Shown: positions 30,396 through 39,116 of the stretch, piece after piece | How positions within the stretch are numbered: position 1 is the stretch's first letter | Layout: every line of letters begins with the position of its first letter | NCBI GenBank assembly: GCA_035477895.1 | Contig: DATIKE010000155.1 | Location: 5,045-69,044, forward strand | DNA from: Phycisphaerae bacterium | GTDB taxonomy: Bacteria > Planctomycetota > Phycisphaerae > UBA1845 > PWPN01 | Length of the DNA: 64,000 bases | Reading direction: 5' to 3' | The notes under the pieces: model-generated | Seen by the model: the letters and a program-made list of their open reading frames with translations, nothing else | Database searches by the model: none | What the model was told of the DNA's origin: nothing | Translations under genes and position numbers: made by a program

Positions 30396-31964
30396 CTATC
30401 GTAATGAACGGAACTTCGCCCAACCGATCCCAAGCTTACGCATCCGGCCGCGAAGGGTATATGGGTTGATGCCCAGTAGTTCGGCGGTGCCGTTGCGGCC
30501 CTCGATACGGCCGTTGCTTTTCGCCAAGGCGAGCTCGATGTGTCGTCGCATGGCGGCGTCGAGCGTCGGGAACGGGGACGCGGATGTCGCGGAGAGTTGG
30601 TGACCAATACCCGCGTGGGACCGAACGTTGGGCGAGGCAGGCGCTTCCGTCGCGCCGAGGGCCTTGGCGATTTCGAGTCGCTGGCCGTTCCCGAGGATCA
30701 CGGCGCGATCCATGACCGCGCCGAGCTCGCGCACGTTGCCCGGCCACGGGTAAGAGATCAACAAGTGCAGGTCATCGGTAGTCGGCGCAATCGGCGTCAG
30801 CCCGAATCGCCGGGCTGACTTCAATGCAAAGTGCGACGCCATTTCGGGAATGTCTTCCGGACGATCGCGAAGGGCCGGAAGGTAGATCGGGAAAACGGCA
30901 ATCCGATACCACAGGTCCTCGCGGAACCGGCCCTCGGCGACCATCGCCTGAAGATTTCGGTGTGTCGCGGCGACGATGCGAACATTCACGTGTAGCTGCC
31001 GCTGTCCTCCGACACGCTCGAATGTTCCATCCTGAAGGATGCGAAGCAGACGGACCTGGGCGGCCACCGGAAGTTCGCCGATTTCGTCGAGGAAGAGTGT
31101 TCCGCTGTCGGCGCGCTCGAACCATCCCTTACGCAGGTTGGTCGCACCGGTGAAGCTCCCTTTCTCGTGCCCGAAGAGTTCGGAGTCCATCAGGTCCGGC
31201 GGAATCGCGCCGCAGTTCACGCGAAGAAACGGCCCAGCCGCCCTGGGCGATCGCGCATGGAGGGCCCGGGCGACAACTTCCTTGCCCGAACCGGTTTCGC
31301 CGAAGAGCAGGACGGGGGCGTCGGACGGCGCTACCAATTCGACGCGCTCCATAACCTGACGCAGGCCGTTGTCCGCTCCGACGATCACGTCGGTGATGTC
31401 CTGCCGTCCGAGGCGCGTCAGAAGCGACCGTTTGTCCGCCTCGGCGGCCTCACGTAGCGTGGCGATTTCTCGAAGGCGGGCGTCGTTCAGCATCGCCACC
31501 GACAGTGGTTCGAGGAGTTTTCCGAACAGCGATTCGAGTGTCGCATCGAATCGCTGGCCGCGCCGAGCGGTGAAAACCAAGATGCCGATCGGCGTTTCTT
31601 CATCCGAGAGGGGGCCGATCATCAGGTCGCCGCGCAATTGCCCGGGCAATCCTGATCGCAATGGGGCAGTGACCTTCGCTGCCGGGGACCGCAGGATTGC
31701 GTTTCGCCGACACCATGCGAGCAGGTCGGTCATCAACTCGGGTTTGCACTCCGTCCGAGGCGGCCAGTCAGCAGGTTGCCCACACGCTGCGTGAGCGACA
31801 GTCTCGATGGCGGAGCGGTGCAGATCGAACTGGCGAATCAGAAGGTCCTGGATGGGCAGAGCGGACGCAAGCAAGCCGGCGATCCGGTCCGCCGCTTCCT
31901 GAATCTCGATGTGGCGGCACACCTTGCGCCAAACATCCAGCACCATCGGTCCCAAACGATCCAT
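30396..31964 (-). CDS. Sigma-54-dependent transcriptional activator, GAF-AAA+-HTH (NifA/FhlA-like architecture)
   Basis: Start MDRLGPMVLDVWRKV with GAAAGGTG upstream. N-terminal GAF-like domain. AAA+ Walker A GETGSGKE. GAFTGA-type loop EKGSFTGA. Walker B LFLDEIGEL. C-terminal Fis-type HTH (TAELLGINPYTLRGRMRKLGI). Confidence 0.9.
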   Translation of the reverse strand: MDRLGPMVLDVWRKVCRHIEIQEAADRIAGLLASALPIQDLLIRQFDLHRSAIETVAHAACGQPADWPPRTECKPELMTDLLAWCRRNAILRSPAAKVTAPLRSGLPGQLRGDLMIGPLSDEETPIGILVFTARRGQRFDATLESLFGKLLEPLSVAMLNDARLREIATLREAAEADKRSLLTRLGRQDITDVIVGADNGLRQVMERVELVAPSDAPVLLFGETGSGKEVVARALHARSPRAAGPFLRVNCGAIPPDLMDSELFGHEKGSFTGATNLRKGWFERADSGTLFLDEIGELPVAAQVRLLRILQDGTFERVGGQRQLHVNVRIVAATHRNLQAMVAEGRFREDLWYRIAVFPIYLPALRDRPEDIPEMASHFALKSARRFGLTPIAPTTDDLHLLISYPWPGNVRELGAVMDRAVILGNGQRLEIAKALGATEAPASPNVRSHAGIGHQLSATSASPFPTLDAAMRRHIELALAKSNGRIEGRNGTAELLGINPYTLRGRMRKLGIGWAKFRSLR

Positions 31965-32028
31965 ACGAAGGACACCTTTCGGTCGTATATGACGGACTGC
32001 TGTCTTTTGTGACAGACAAAACCATGAT

Positions 32029-32046
32029 ATCCGACGGCTGTCGGAT
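32029..32046. promoter_or_regulatory. Inverted repeat, candidate enhancer (UAS) for the adjacent activator
   Basis: ATCCGAC-ggct-GTCGGAT (7-bp arms) lies about 70-80 bp upstream of the candidate -24/-12 element. Confidence 0.3.
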
Positions 32047-32110
32047 GTCAAGGGCGACAAGAACGCCGATTTCAGGCTCCGAGCGGCGTTTCGCGGGTTT
32101 GCTCGACGTG

Positions 32111-32126
32111 CGGCACGCCGGGTGCT
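32111..32126 (+). promoter_or_regulatory. Candidate sigma-54 (-24/-12) promoter
   Basis: cGGCACGccgggTGCTc has GG (32112-13) and GC (32124-25) separated by exactly 10 nt. It matches TGGCACG-N4-TTGCW at most positions and points toward the 32247/32458 genes, divergent from the sigma-54 activator. Confidence 0.5.
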
Positions 32127-32246
32127 CTTGGATGGACGACGGTGCTCTGCCAGCCGCATGTCGCGGCGGGGTTGCGGACCGAGAGGAGCCAGTAGCGCCG
32201 GGGGCTCAGCCTGCAGCCGCCTACATGGCTCGGAGCGGGTCGACCC

Positions 32247-32393
32247 ATGTGGATGCTCGTGATTGTCGTCAGCTCCTTTTACGCCGGTTTCCTGATGGCG
32301 TCGCTCTTCGCCATAGGAAAGGCCGCGAGTGCAGCCGGGAGTGAGGCGGGTCGGCCGAATGACGGGCGCAAACCAAGCACCGATGGAGCTTGA
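32247..32393 (+). CDS. Possible 48-aa single-TM leader peptide/small membrane protein
   Basis: Too short for the ORF track. ATG...TGA translates to MWMLVIVVSSFYAGFLMASLFAIGKAASAAGSEAGRPNDGRKPSTDGA. GGAGCGGG lies upstream. It sits between the candidate sigma-54 promoter and the ABC ATPase gene. Confidence 0.3.
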   Translation: MWMLVIVVSSFYAGFLMASLFAIGKAASAAGSEAGRPNDGRKPSTDGA

Positions 32394-32457
32394 TGGACGG
32401 TAGTTACGGATTCCGCATGAAGCCGGTGATGTGTGTTGAGCGTGCAGGGGCGACGAC

Positions 32458-33243
32458 ATGATCGACCAGATCATATTGATGGGCGGGAAGGGAAAGGATG
32501 GAACGCCTGAGGCGGTCACCGAGGTTGTGTTCAAAATGGGTGACGTTGTCAGCGTTGTAGGCCCGACGGGGTCAGGCAAAACGACGCTCATCAACGATAT
32601 TGAGTTGTTTGCGGATGGTTCAACACCCACTGGGCGCCGAGTGCTGATTGACGGAGTCGCGCCGGGACGGGAGTACCGCGACGATCCCGCCCATCATCCG
32701 ATCGCGCTTATCACCCAGCACACGAATTTTCTCTCGGACTTGCCGGTTCCGGAGTTCCTCTCGATTCACGCGGAGATTCGGAACTCGAACGGGGCGTCAA
32801 CGGATGAGACGGTAGCACGCACAATGGCATTTGCGAACTCGTTGACCGGCGAAGCCATCCTGCCGGCGTACCGCATGACCGAGTTGTCCGGAGGGCAGAC
32901 GCGGGCGCTATTGATCGCCGATGCAGTGGTCATCGGCAATGCGCCGATCGTGTTGCTCGACGAGATCGAGAACGCTGGCATTCATCGCATGCGGGCGCTC
33001 GAACTGCTACGCCGATTCCAGAAGATTTTCGTCTTCGTTACGCACGATCCCTACATCGCGCTGCTCTCCGACTTTCGCATTGTCATAGCCAACGGAGCGA
33101 TGAGGGCCGTCATTCGCAGCGGGGAACCCGAACACCTTCTCGCCGGTAGAGTCCGCCGAGCCGACGATCTGCTCTCCTACTTCCGAGACAGAATTCGTTC
33201 CGGCGGCCTGCTCACGCCCGAGGATGTAGAGGTGCTGGCATGA
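32458..33243 (+). CDS. Stand-alone ABC-type ATPase (no cognate permease in the locus)
   Basis: Walker A GPTGSGKTT, signature LSGGQ, Walker B VLLDEIE, H-loop VTHD. Confidence 0.85.
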   Translation: MIDQIILMGGKGKDGTPEAVTEVVFKMGDVVSVVGPTGSGKTTLINDIELFADGSTPTGRRVLIDGVAPGREYRDDPAHHPIALITQHTNFLSDLPVPEFLSIHAEIRNSNGASTDETVARTMAFANSLTGEAILPAYRMTELSGGQTRALLIADAVVIGNAPIVLLDEIENAGIHRMRALELLRRFQKIFVFVTHDPYIALLSDFRIVIANGAMRAVIRSGEPEHLLAGRVRRADDLLSYFRDRIRSGGLLTPEDVEVLA

Positions 33244-33941
33244 GACTGGCGATTTGCGCGGGGCCCGCGACAACGGGCAAAACCTCAGTGTTGCGGCACG
33301 TAATCCGCAAGCTGCTGGCGGTGGGGCAGCAGGTCGCTTTCCTCAAGATCGATGTGCAGTTCGCGGAGGAGGATGAAGAGTTGGCTCGCGAACTCGGCAT
33401 CCCGACAAAGAAGGTCTATTCCGGCGAACTGTGCCCTGATCATTGTAGTGTCATGGTATTGGGCGATGCCCTGCAATGGGCGCAGAGTCTGGGCTGCGAC
33501 GTGCTTCTGGTCGAAACGGCGGGGCTGTGTTTGCGCTGCTCCCCCTACGTTGACGGAGGGCTGGGCATCGTAGTGCTGGAAGCGACCAGCGGGATGAATC
33601 TCCCGCGCAAGATCGGGCCGATGCTCAGCCTCGCGGACATCGCCGTGGTGACGAAGATCGATCTGGTCTCGCAGGCCGAGCGGGAAGTCTTCCGCGCCCG
33701 CATCCTCGACGCCGCTCCGGGCGTTCGCGTCCGCGAAGTAAACGCCCTGCACGGAATCGGCATTGATCCGCTCGTCGAACGGATCGGCGTGACCGAGCAC
33801 GTTAACGGCGAATTGCTGCTGCGCGGCAACCCGCCCGTGGGAACATGCACGATCTGCGTCGGCAAGAAAACGATCGGCTGGCAATCGCATTTCGGCGTGG
33901 TGCGGCCACTCGAGAATCAGACGTTCTACCGAGGTGAATGA
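33240..33941 (+). CDS. G3E-family (HypB/UreG/CobW-like) P-loop GTPase with CxxC motifs
   Basis: ATGA overlap with the upstream gene. P-loop GPATTGKTS. Walker B plus metal motif LLVETAGLCLRC. TKID (NKxD-like). C-terminal GTCTIC. Confidence 0.75.
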   Translation: MRLAICAGPATTGKTSVLRHVIRKLLAVGQQVAFLKIDVQFAEEDEELARELGIPTKKVYSGELCPDHCSVMVLGDALQWAQSLGCDVLLVETAGLCLRCSPYVDGGLGIVVLEATSGMNLPRKIGPMLSLADIAVVTKIDLVSQAEREVFRARILDAAPGVRVREVNALHGIGIDPLVERIGVTEHVNGELLLRGNPPVGTCTICVGKKTIGWQSHFGVVRPLENQTFYRGE

Positions 33942-35140
33942 GCATGCCGGGTACGGCGCGCATCTACTTCGACAACGCGGCAACGACGCCACTGGACCCG
34001 CGCGTGCGAGCGGCCATGCAACCGTATCTCGATAGCGCGTTCGGGAACCCGTCGAGTCTGCACTGCGAAGGGCGCGCCGCAAAAGAGGCCGTGGAGGAGG
34101 CGCGGGGCTATACCGCCGCACTCGTCGGAGCGAAACCGAGCGAAGTTGTCTTCACAAGCGGCGGCACTGAAGCGGATAGCCTCGCCATCCGGGGCGTCGT
34201 CCGGGCATACAGGGGTCGGTCCGTCCATGTGATTACCAGCGCCATCGAACACCCGGCCGTTCGCGAGGCGTGCCGCGACCTTGCCATCGATGGTATCGGG
34301 GGCACGTTGCTCAGGGTAAGTGCGAATGGCATTGTCGATCCGGACGAACTCTCCCGAACGATCCGCCCAGATACACGGCTCATCTCCATTATGGCGGCCA
34401 ACAACGTCGTCGGCACGTTGCAACCGGTGCAGGAGTTCGCCCGCATAGCTCGCGACCACGGCGTGCTGTTTCACACCGACGCGGTCCAGGCCGCCGGCAA
34501 GGTGCCGTTGGACGTTCATCGCGACGGTATCGACCTGTTATCCGTCTCCGGGCACAAGCTGCATGGGCCTAAGGGGGCTGGCGCACTCGTCGTCCGCGAC
34601 GGCGTACCACTGGCCCCCTTGATCCTCGGAGGCGGACAGGAAGCCGGGCGGCGCCCGGGTACGGAGAACGTAGCCGCGATCGTCGGCTTGGGAGAAGCGG
34701 CGCGGATCTACGGCGAGTTGGGTAGCGAGGAGAACGCGCGCCTGGTACGGCTCCGCGAGCGACTAATCGAGGGTGCGCTTGCACGGGGCCCCGATGCCTA
34801 CCTCATCGGCGACCGCCACCGCCGCCTTCCGGGGCACGTCTGCCTGGGGTTCGCTGGCCTGGAGGGCGAGGCGATCAAGCTATTGCTGGCGCTGGATGAA
34901 TTGGGGGTGTCGGTTTCGTCCGGTAGCGCGTGCGGCGCAAACCATGCGGGCGAACCTTCCCATGTGTTGACGGCCATGGGGTTCGACTCCCTTCGCGCCC
35001 GCGGCGCGGTGCGCATCACACTGGGTCGGTTCAATACGGAGGATGAAGTGGACCACTTTCTCCGGGTGTTGCCGGGTGTCGTTGGCCGGTTAAACCCCAT
35101 CACGCGGCGGGCGCGCGCAGAAGCGGGAGCCTGCGCATGA
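33938..35140 (+). CDS. Cysteine desulfurase (NifS/IscS class V aminotransferase)
   Basis: ATGA overlap. PLP lysine motif SGHKLHGPKG. Active-site loop SSGSACG. Typical N-terminus IYFDNAATTPLDPRV. Confidence 0.92.
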   Translation: MSMPGTARIYFDNAATTPLDPRVRAAMQPYLDSAFGNPSSLHCEGRAAKEAVEEARGYTAALVGAKPSEVVFTSGGTEADSLAIRGVVRAYRGRSVHVITSAIEHPAVREACRDLAIDGIGGTLLRVSANGIVDPDELSRTIRPDTRLISIMAANNVVGTLQPVQEFARIARDHGVLFHTDAVQAAGKVPLDVHRDGIDLLSVSGHKLHGPKGAGALVVRDGVPLAPLILGGGQEAGRRPGTENVAAIVGLGEAARIYGELGSEENARLVRLRERLIEGALARGPDAYLIGDRHRRLPGHVCLGFAGLEGEAIKLLLALDELGVSVSSGSACGANHAGEPSHVLTAMGFDSLRARGAVRITLGRFNTEDEVDHFLRVLPGVVGRLNPITRRARAEAGACA

Positions 35141-35886
35141 CCGAAAACAGAGCGACGTTGCCGGGGCTGGATTGCGGTCTGTGCGGATTTCGCCGGTGCG
35201 AGGAATTCATGGAACAGCTGGCGCAGAAGCCGGAACTGCTTGATCGTTGCATTCATCTTCGCGGGCTGGAACCGGTCGCGGGAACCATCGGCGCTGACGC
35301 TGAACCGGGGACCGCGGTGATGGCCCCCCAAGGCGCGATGGCAGTGGCGCCCGGCGATGGCGGCACAAGGATCCTCAGGAAGCCGGCGACAGTTTCGCTG
35401 CCGACCTACCAGGAATCCAACTGGCGGGACAGCCTGGGCCGGGAATTCGATTTCTATCTCGAGCATTTCCCCGAGGAACCGGGACCGCGCGAGGCCATTC
35501 TCCCGCACAATCCCATGATCGCTCGGGAGATGAGCGTCCAGCCGGGTGACATTCTCATCGGCCGCCCGCTGGGCATGTCGTGCGGGTGCCCGATTACCCA
35601 TTGCGGCGTCGTGATGGACGTTGATCCACGAATCGGGTTGATCAACTGGTGCGTAACCGGTCCCCTGCGAGCGCGCCAGACAGGGTACAAAGATCTCGGG
35701 TATTACGTCGCCGAAGCCTACGAAGGGCTGATCCGACAGGCGCGCGGCGAGATACGGATCGGTATGCGTTATTTCTTCCAACCGCGGATGTGTATGCTCC
35801 AATGGCGGCACAGCGGGCTGGTGAACTATCTGAATCGGACAAAGGATGGACTGCAGGTGCGAGTCGAGGGACTGTGGATCGGTTAG
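35137..35886 (+). CDS. Cys-rich (Fe-S)-binding protein: N-terminal Cx2Cx4Cx16C (RnfB-type FeS domain) plus an uncharacterised C-terminal domain
   Basis: ATGA overlap. LPGLDCGLCGFRRCEEFMEQLAQKPELLDRC has exactly Cx2Cx4Cx16C spacing. The C-terminal domain carries GMSCGCPITHCGVV, INWCVTGP and RMCMLQW. Confidence 0.75.
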   Translation: MTENRATLPGLDCGLCGFRRCEEFMEQLAQKPELLDRCIHLRGLEPVAGTIGADAEPGTAVMAPQGAMAVAPGDGGTRILRKPATVSLPTYQESNWRDSLGREFDFYLEHFPEEPGPREAILPHNPMIAREMSVQPGDILIGRPLGMSCGCPITHCGVVMDVDPRIGLINWCVTGPLRARQTGYKDLGYYVAEAYEGLIRQARGEIRIGMRYFFQPRMCMLQWRHSGLVNYLNRTKDGLQVRVEGLWIG

Positions 35887-36004
35887 CAATCTTTTCCAGC
35901 GTGGCGACGGGGGCTCCCGACGTCACAGGAGGAGGTTCACCGGCTGGCGATGCAGACCGTTCGTGCGATGTACCCGGATTCCCAAAGTCCCGGTGACGCG
36001 GAGC

Positions 36005-36604
36005 GAAAGGAAATGATCCGGCCAGGTCGATGCGGTCTCGGATGAATTTCACGAGGATTGAGGTTTTTGCGGCAACCGCGAGAAACTCCGCAAGGGTATT
36101 CCGCAAAGCGATGGCCACTACCTGTTCGGAGGGGGCCGGTTCGGGTCGAATGGTCCGGCTCCACGAGCCGAATGACTGCCAGACCCGTTGGGGATTTCTG
36201 GCGGAGAGTATCTGCAGCAGGCCCTGGGCGATGAGCCCGAGTGGGATGTGGCGGTGATAGGCGGCGATCTTTCGGCGGACGGCGTCGCGGTAAGCATCGC
36301 ACTTGTGGTGGAGGTACTGGTTGCCGCTGATGCGCCGTATCGGCATCATGGCCGCCATCCAGAAGTGATGGGCATAGGCCCCGACGACGCACAGGGCCTG
36401 CCTGAAGGACACTTCGATCTTGAACCGCAGTCCGTAGATTCGGATGATCTCCAGGAGGCCCAGATTCAGGTCGGCGCTCACCAGCGGGATGGTGCCGCGA
36501 CGGGGATGGTCCACAGCCACGAAGCGAACGAGGGCCCCGACGGGGCGCCGCAGAAGGTCGGCCGTCCTGAACCGGATGGTCACCTCTTCATCGTCGTAGA
36601 CCGG
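36005..36604 (-). pseudogene. C-terminal fragment of an IS4-superfamily DDE transposase
   Basis: ...LLEIIRIYGLRFKIEVSFRQA... contains the Y(2)R(3)E signature of IS4-type transposases. The N-terminal catalytic half is absent and replaced upstream by a REP element. The rest of track ORF 35642-36904 is read-through. Confidence 0.6.
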
Positions 36605-36617
36605 GCTGAGAGTGCAT

Positions 36618-36698
36618 CCTAAAACCCTGGAATCACACAGGCGGCCTGCCTGCCGCAGGCAAGGGGGTTTCGGCCCCCGGCAGGCCTGAAACGGCCGG
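36618..36698. repeat. REP-like element (family 1)
   Basis: cctaaaaccctggaatc...ggcctgcctgccgcaggcaaggggg...ccggcaggcc shares the core with the 17656 and 21634 copies. Confidence 0.5.
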
Positions 36699-37057
36699 CT
36701 GACACTCGCGCTTTCGTCGCATCCGGCGAGCCAGTCCCCGGTTTGGTCGCCCCCCCAAGCCGGCGCGCACCCGCGCCGGCAAAGGCCGGTCGAGGGGTTT
36801 GCCCGACGGGGGCGACTGTGGTACACTGCTGCGTTCTTGTCCCGTCCATCCCCCTCCGGGGCTGTGCGGGGCTTCAGCCGCGTAACTCGGCAGGCTGACG
36901 GCATCAGGCAGGGTCCGTGCGCTTATCGACTGAGCGGCGTGCAGGGATTCCAGTCCGGCCGGCGGGCGACAGGGTACACAGCTAGTTGGACCCCGGTTTT
37001 GCCGGTGCGATCAACACCGACACCCGGTGGGTTCAGACAGCGTCAGGGAGCAGGTGC

Positions 37058-37312
37058 ATGGTACGAATTCGGCTCAAGCGCATGGGACGCCGTAACAAGC
37101 CGTCGTTCCGGTTGACGGCCGTGGATATCCGCGGGGCCCGCGATGGTCGGGTTCTTGAGGAACTGGGGGCTTACATTCCGGCCCACAAGCATCCGGCGGA
37201 GCGGCTCAGCCTGAAGATGGATCGGATCCAGTACTGGCTGAGCGTCGGGGCCCAGCCGACGGACACGGTGCGAGATCTGCTGAAAAAGATCGGCAAGGCG
37301 GCGCAGGCGTAA
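37058..37312 (+). CDS. rpsP: 30S ribosomal protein S16
   Basis: MVRIRLKRMGRRNKPSFRLTAVD... with GGGAG upstream. The upstream 24 codons of the track ORF are rejected. Confidence 0.93.
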   Translation: MVRIRLKRMGRRNKPSFRLTAVDIRGARDGRVLEELGAYIPAHKHPAERLSLKMDRIQYWLSVGAQPTDTVRDLLKKIGKAAQA

Positions 37313-37333
37313 CCCACGCCCGGGGGGCAGGCC

Positions 37334-38050
37334 GTGCGGATCGACGTGCTGACCCTCTTTCCGGAGGTGATCGAGCCGTTCTGCGGCTCGAGCATCATCG
37401 GGCGGGCGCAGCGGGCCGGTCTGGTCGCGATCCGGACGACGAACATCCGCGATTTTGCCACGGATCGGCACAAGAGCGTGGACGACCGCCCGTTCGGCGG
37501 CGGCCCGGGCATGGTGATGATGTGCCCCCCGCTGTTCGACGCGGTGGAAAAGGTGGAAAGTGAAGATGCGACGCCCGCGACGCGGGTTCTGCTCTGCCCG
37601 CAGGGCGAGCGGTTCACGCAGGCAATGGCCCGCGAGCTGGCCGGGGTGCCCCGGCTGCTGATCATCTGCGGGCACTACGAGGGGTTCGACGAGCGGATTC
37701 GCCTGGGGCTCAGGCCCCGCGAGATTTCGATCGGCGATTACGTGCTGAGCGGCGGCGAGGCGGCGGCCACGGTCCTGATCGACGCGGTCGTCCGGCTATT
37801 GCCCGGGGCACTGGGGGACGAGGAGTCGACCACCGAGGAATCCTTCTCGGCCGGCCTGCTGGAGTACCCCCACTACACAAGGCCCCGCGAATTTCGCGGT
37901 ATGCCCGTGCCGGAGGTGCTGCTCAGCGGCGACCACGCGAAGATCGAGGCCTGGCGAAAAGCCGAGGCCATGAAACGGACCCGGGACCGGCGCCCAGACC
38001 TGTTCGAGGAGTACACGAACAACACACCGTCCGGCGGTACCGGCAAGTGA
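37334..38050 (+). CDS. trmD: tRNA (guanine37-N1)-methyltransferase
   Basis: [12 protein letters not shown]...[13 protein letters not shown]...[10 protein letters not shown]...[11 protein letters not shown]. Confidence 0.93.
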   Translation: MRIDVLTLFPEVIEPFCGSSIIGRAQRAGLVAIRTTNIRDFATDRHKSVDDRPFGGGPGMVMMCPPLFDAVEKVESEDATPATRVLLCPQGERFTQAMARELAGVPRLLIICGHYEGFDERIRLGLRPREISIGDYVLSGGEAAATVLIDAVVRLLPGALGDEESTTEESFSAGLLEYPHYTRPREFRGMPVPEVLLSGDHAKIEAWRKAEAMKRTRDRRPDLFEEYTNNTPSGGTGK

Positions 38051-38121
38051 CCGCGAGAGGGCGGAGAACCGGCGGGTATCCAAACCGCCGTCGTGCAACG
38101 TACGAGTGAAGGAGCGAGATC

Positions 38122-38508
38122 ATGATCAACCGCTTGATCAAGGCTGTGGAAGACTCGGCTCGGCAGGAAAAGGCCCCCGAGTTCAAGATTGGTGACACCG
38201 TGACCGTGTCCGTCCGAATCGTCGAGGGCGACAAGCACCGCATCCAGACCTACAGCGGCGTGGTGATCGCACGTCGCGGCAAGGGCATGGGCGAGTCGTT
38301 CACCGTCCGGCGAATCGTGAACAACGAGGGCGTCGAGCGGATCTTCCCCCTGCATTCGCCGAAGATCGCCAAGGTCGAGGTCGAGCGGGCCGGCCACATC
38401 CGCCGGGCCAAGCTCTACTACCTGCGCGACCGGGTTGGCAAGGCCCGCCGGGTCAAGGACGCCAAGCGGACGACCACCAGGGAAGAGGCGGCCGCCGCCG
38501 CCCAGTAA
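38122..38508 (+). CDS. rplS: 50S ribosomal protein L19
   Basis: [33 protein letters not shown]...ESFTVRR...[11 protein letters not shown], with AAGGAG as RBS. Confidence 0.93.
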   Translation: MINRLIKAVEDSARQEKAPEFKIGDTVTVSVRIVEGDKHRIQTYSGVVIARRGKGMGESFTVRRIVNNEGVERIFPLHSPKIAKVEVERAGHIRRAKLYYLRDRVGKARRVKDAKRTTTREEAAAAAQ

Positions 38509-38545
38509 GCGGGACCCCGACCAGGAAGCCCGGCGACCGATTTCA

Positions 38546-38581
38546 CGCACGGTCGGGCCCGACGCCCGGCCGTGCGTTTTG
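38546..38581 (+). terminator. Intrinsic terminator after rplS
   Basis: cgcacggtcgggc / gcccggccgtgcg forms a 13-bp stem with one G-U pair, followed by TTTTG. Confidence 0.6.
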
Positions 38582-38669
38582 CTGCGCTTGACGACGCTCC
38601 TGCGCATCGAGCACAGTAGAGTGGCCGACTCCCATCACTTCCTGACCTGGGATCGGCAGGCGGCATCAG

Positions 38670-39044
38670 ATGAACGATCTGGCCAAACTCGGGCAGGCCG
38701 GCGAAAAGCAGGCCGAGCGGTTCCTGAAGAAACAGGGCTACCGCATCGTCACCCGCAACTACGGCTGCGCCGGCGGCGAGCTGGACATCGTCGCCCTGGA
38801 CGGCAAGACCATCGTCTTCATCGAGGTCAAGACCCGCAGCAGCGCCGACCACGCCGACCCCCAGGACGCGGTCACGCCGGTCAAGCAGCAACGGGTCATC
38901 AACGCCGCCAAAACCTTCATCCAGCACACGCACTCGCAAGACCGGGCCTATCGCTTCGACGTGGTCGCGATCACCCTGGACGATGACAAGCCCGCCAAGA
39001 TCGAATTGTTCAAAAACGCGTTTTCGCCGGGGCAGCCAGGATGA
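38670..39044 (+). CDS. yraN: YraN-family (UPF0102) endonuclease-like protein
   Basis: GEKQAERFLKKQGYRIVTRNY...GELDIVALDGKTIVFIEVKTR. Confidence 0.85.
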   Translation: MNDLAKLGQAGEKQAERFLKKQGYRIVTRNYGCAGGELDIVALDGKTIVFIEVKTRSSADHADPQDAVTPVKQQRVINAAKTFIQHTHSQDRAYRFDVVAITLDDDKPAKIELFKNAFSPGQPG

Positions 39045-39116
39045 TGCCCCATAACACGATTGCGGCGGGGCAAGCCACCCCCTACGATGATGACATTCTC
39101 AGCTAAGGAGCATTCC

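Noticed and set aside
32127-32457. Alternative sigma-54 -24/-12 sites closer to the ABC ATPase start (e.g. TGGCGTCGCTCTTCGCC at ~32300, CGGCCGAATGACGGGCGCA at ~32352)
   Set aside because: The GG-to-GC spacing is 11 nt rather than 10, or the flanking consensus is poor. Only the 32112-32125 site has GGCACG plus correctly spaced TGC.
31965-32630. N-terminal 222-codon extension of the sigma-54 activator ORF (track 30396-32630), and plus ORF 31697-32344
   Set aside because: The extension has junk composition and would run through the divergent promoter region and into the ABC ATPase gene. The internal ATG at 31964 has a GAAAGGTG RBS and begins the GAF domain. The 215-aa plus ORF overlaps the activator antisense and has no motifs.
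35642-36904. 420-aa minus ORF as an intact gene
   Set aside because: Only residues ~101-300 look transposase-like. The 5' part translates a REP element, and the 3' part is antisense read-through into the Fe-S protein gene. It is treated as a pseudogene fragment.
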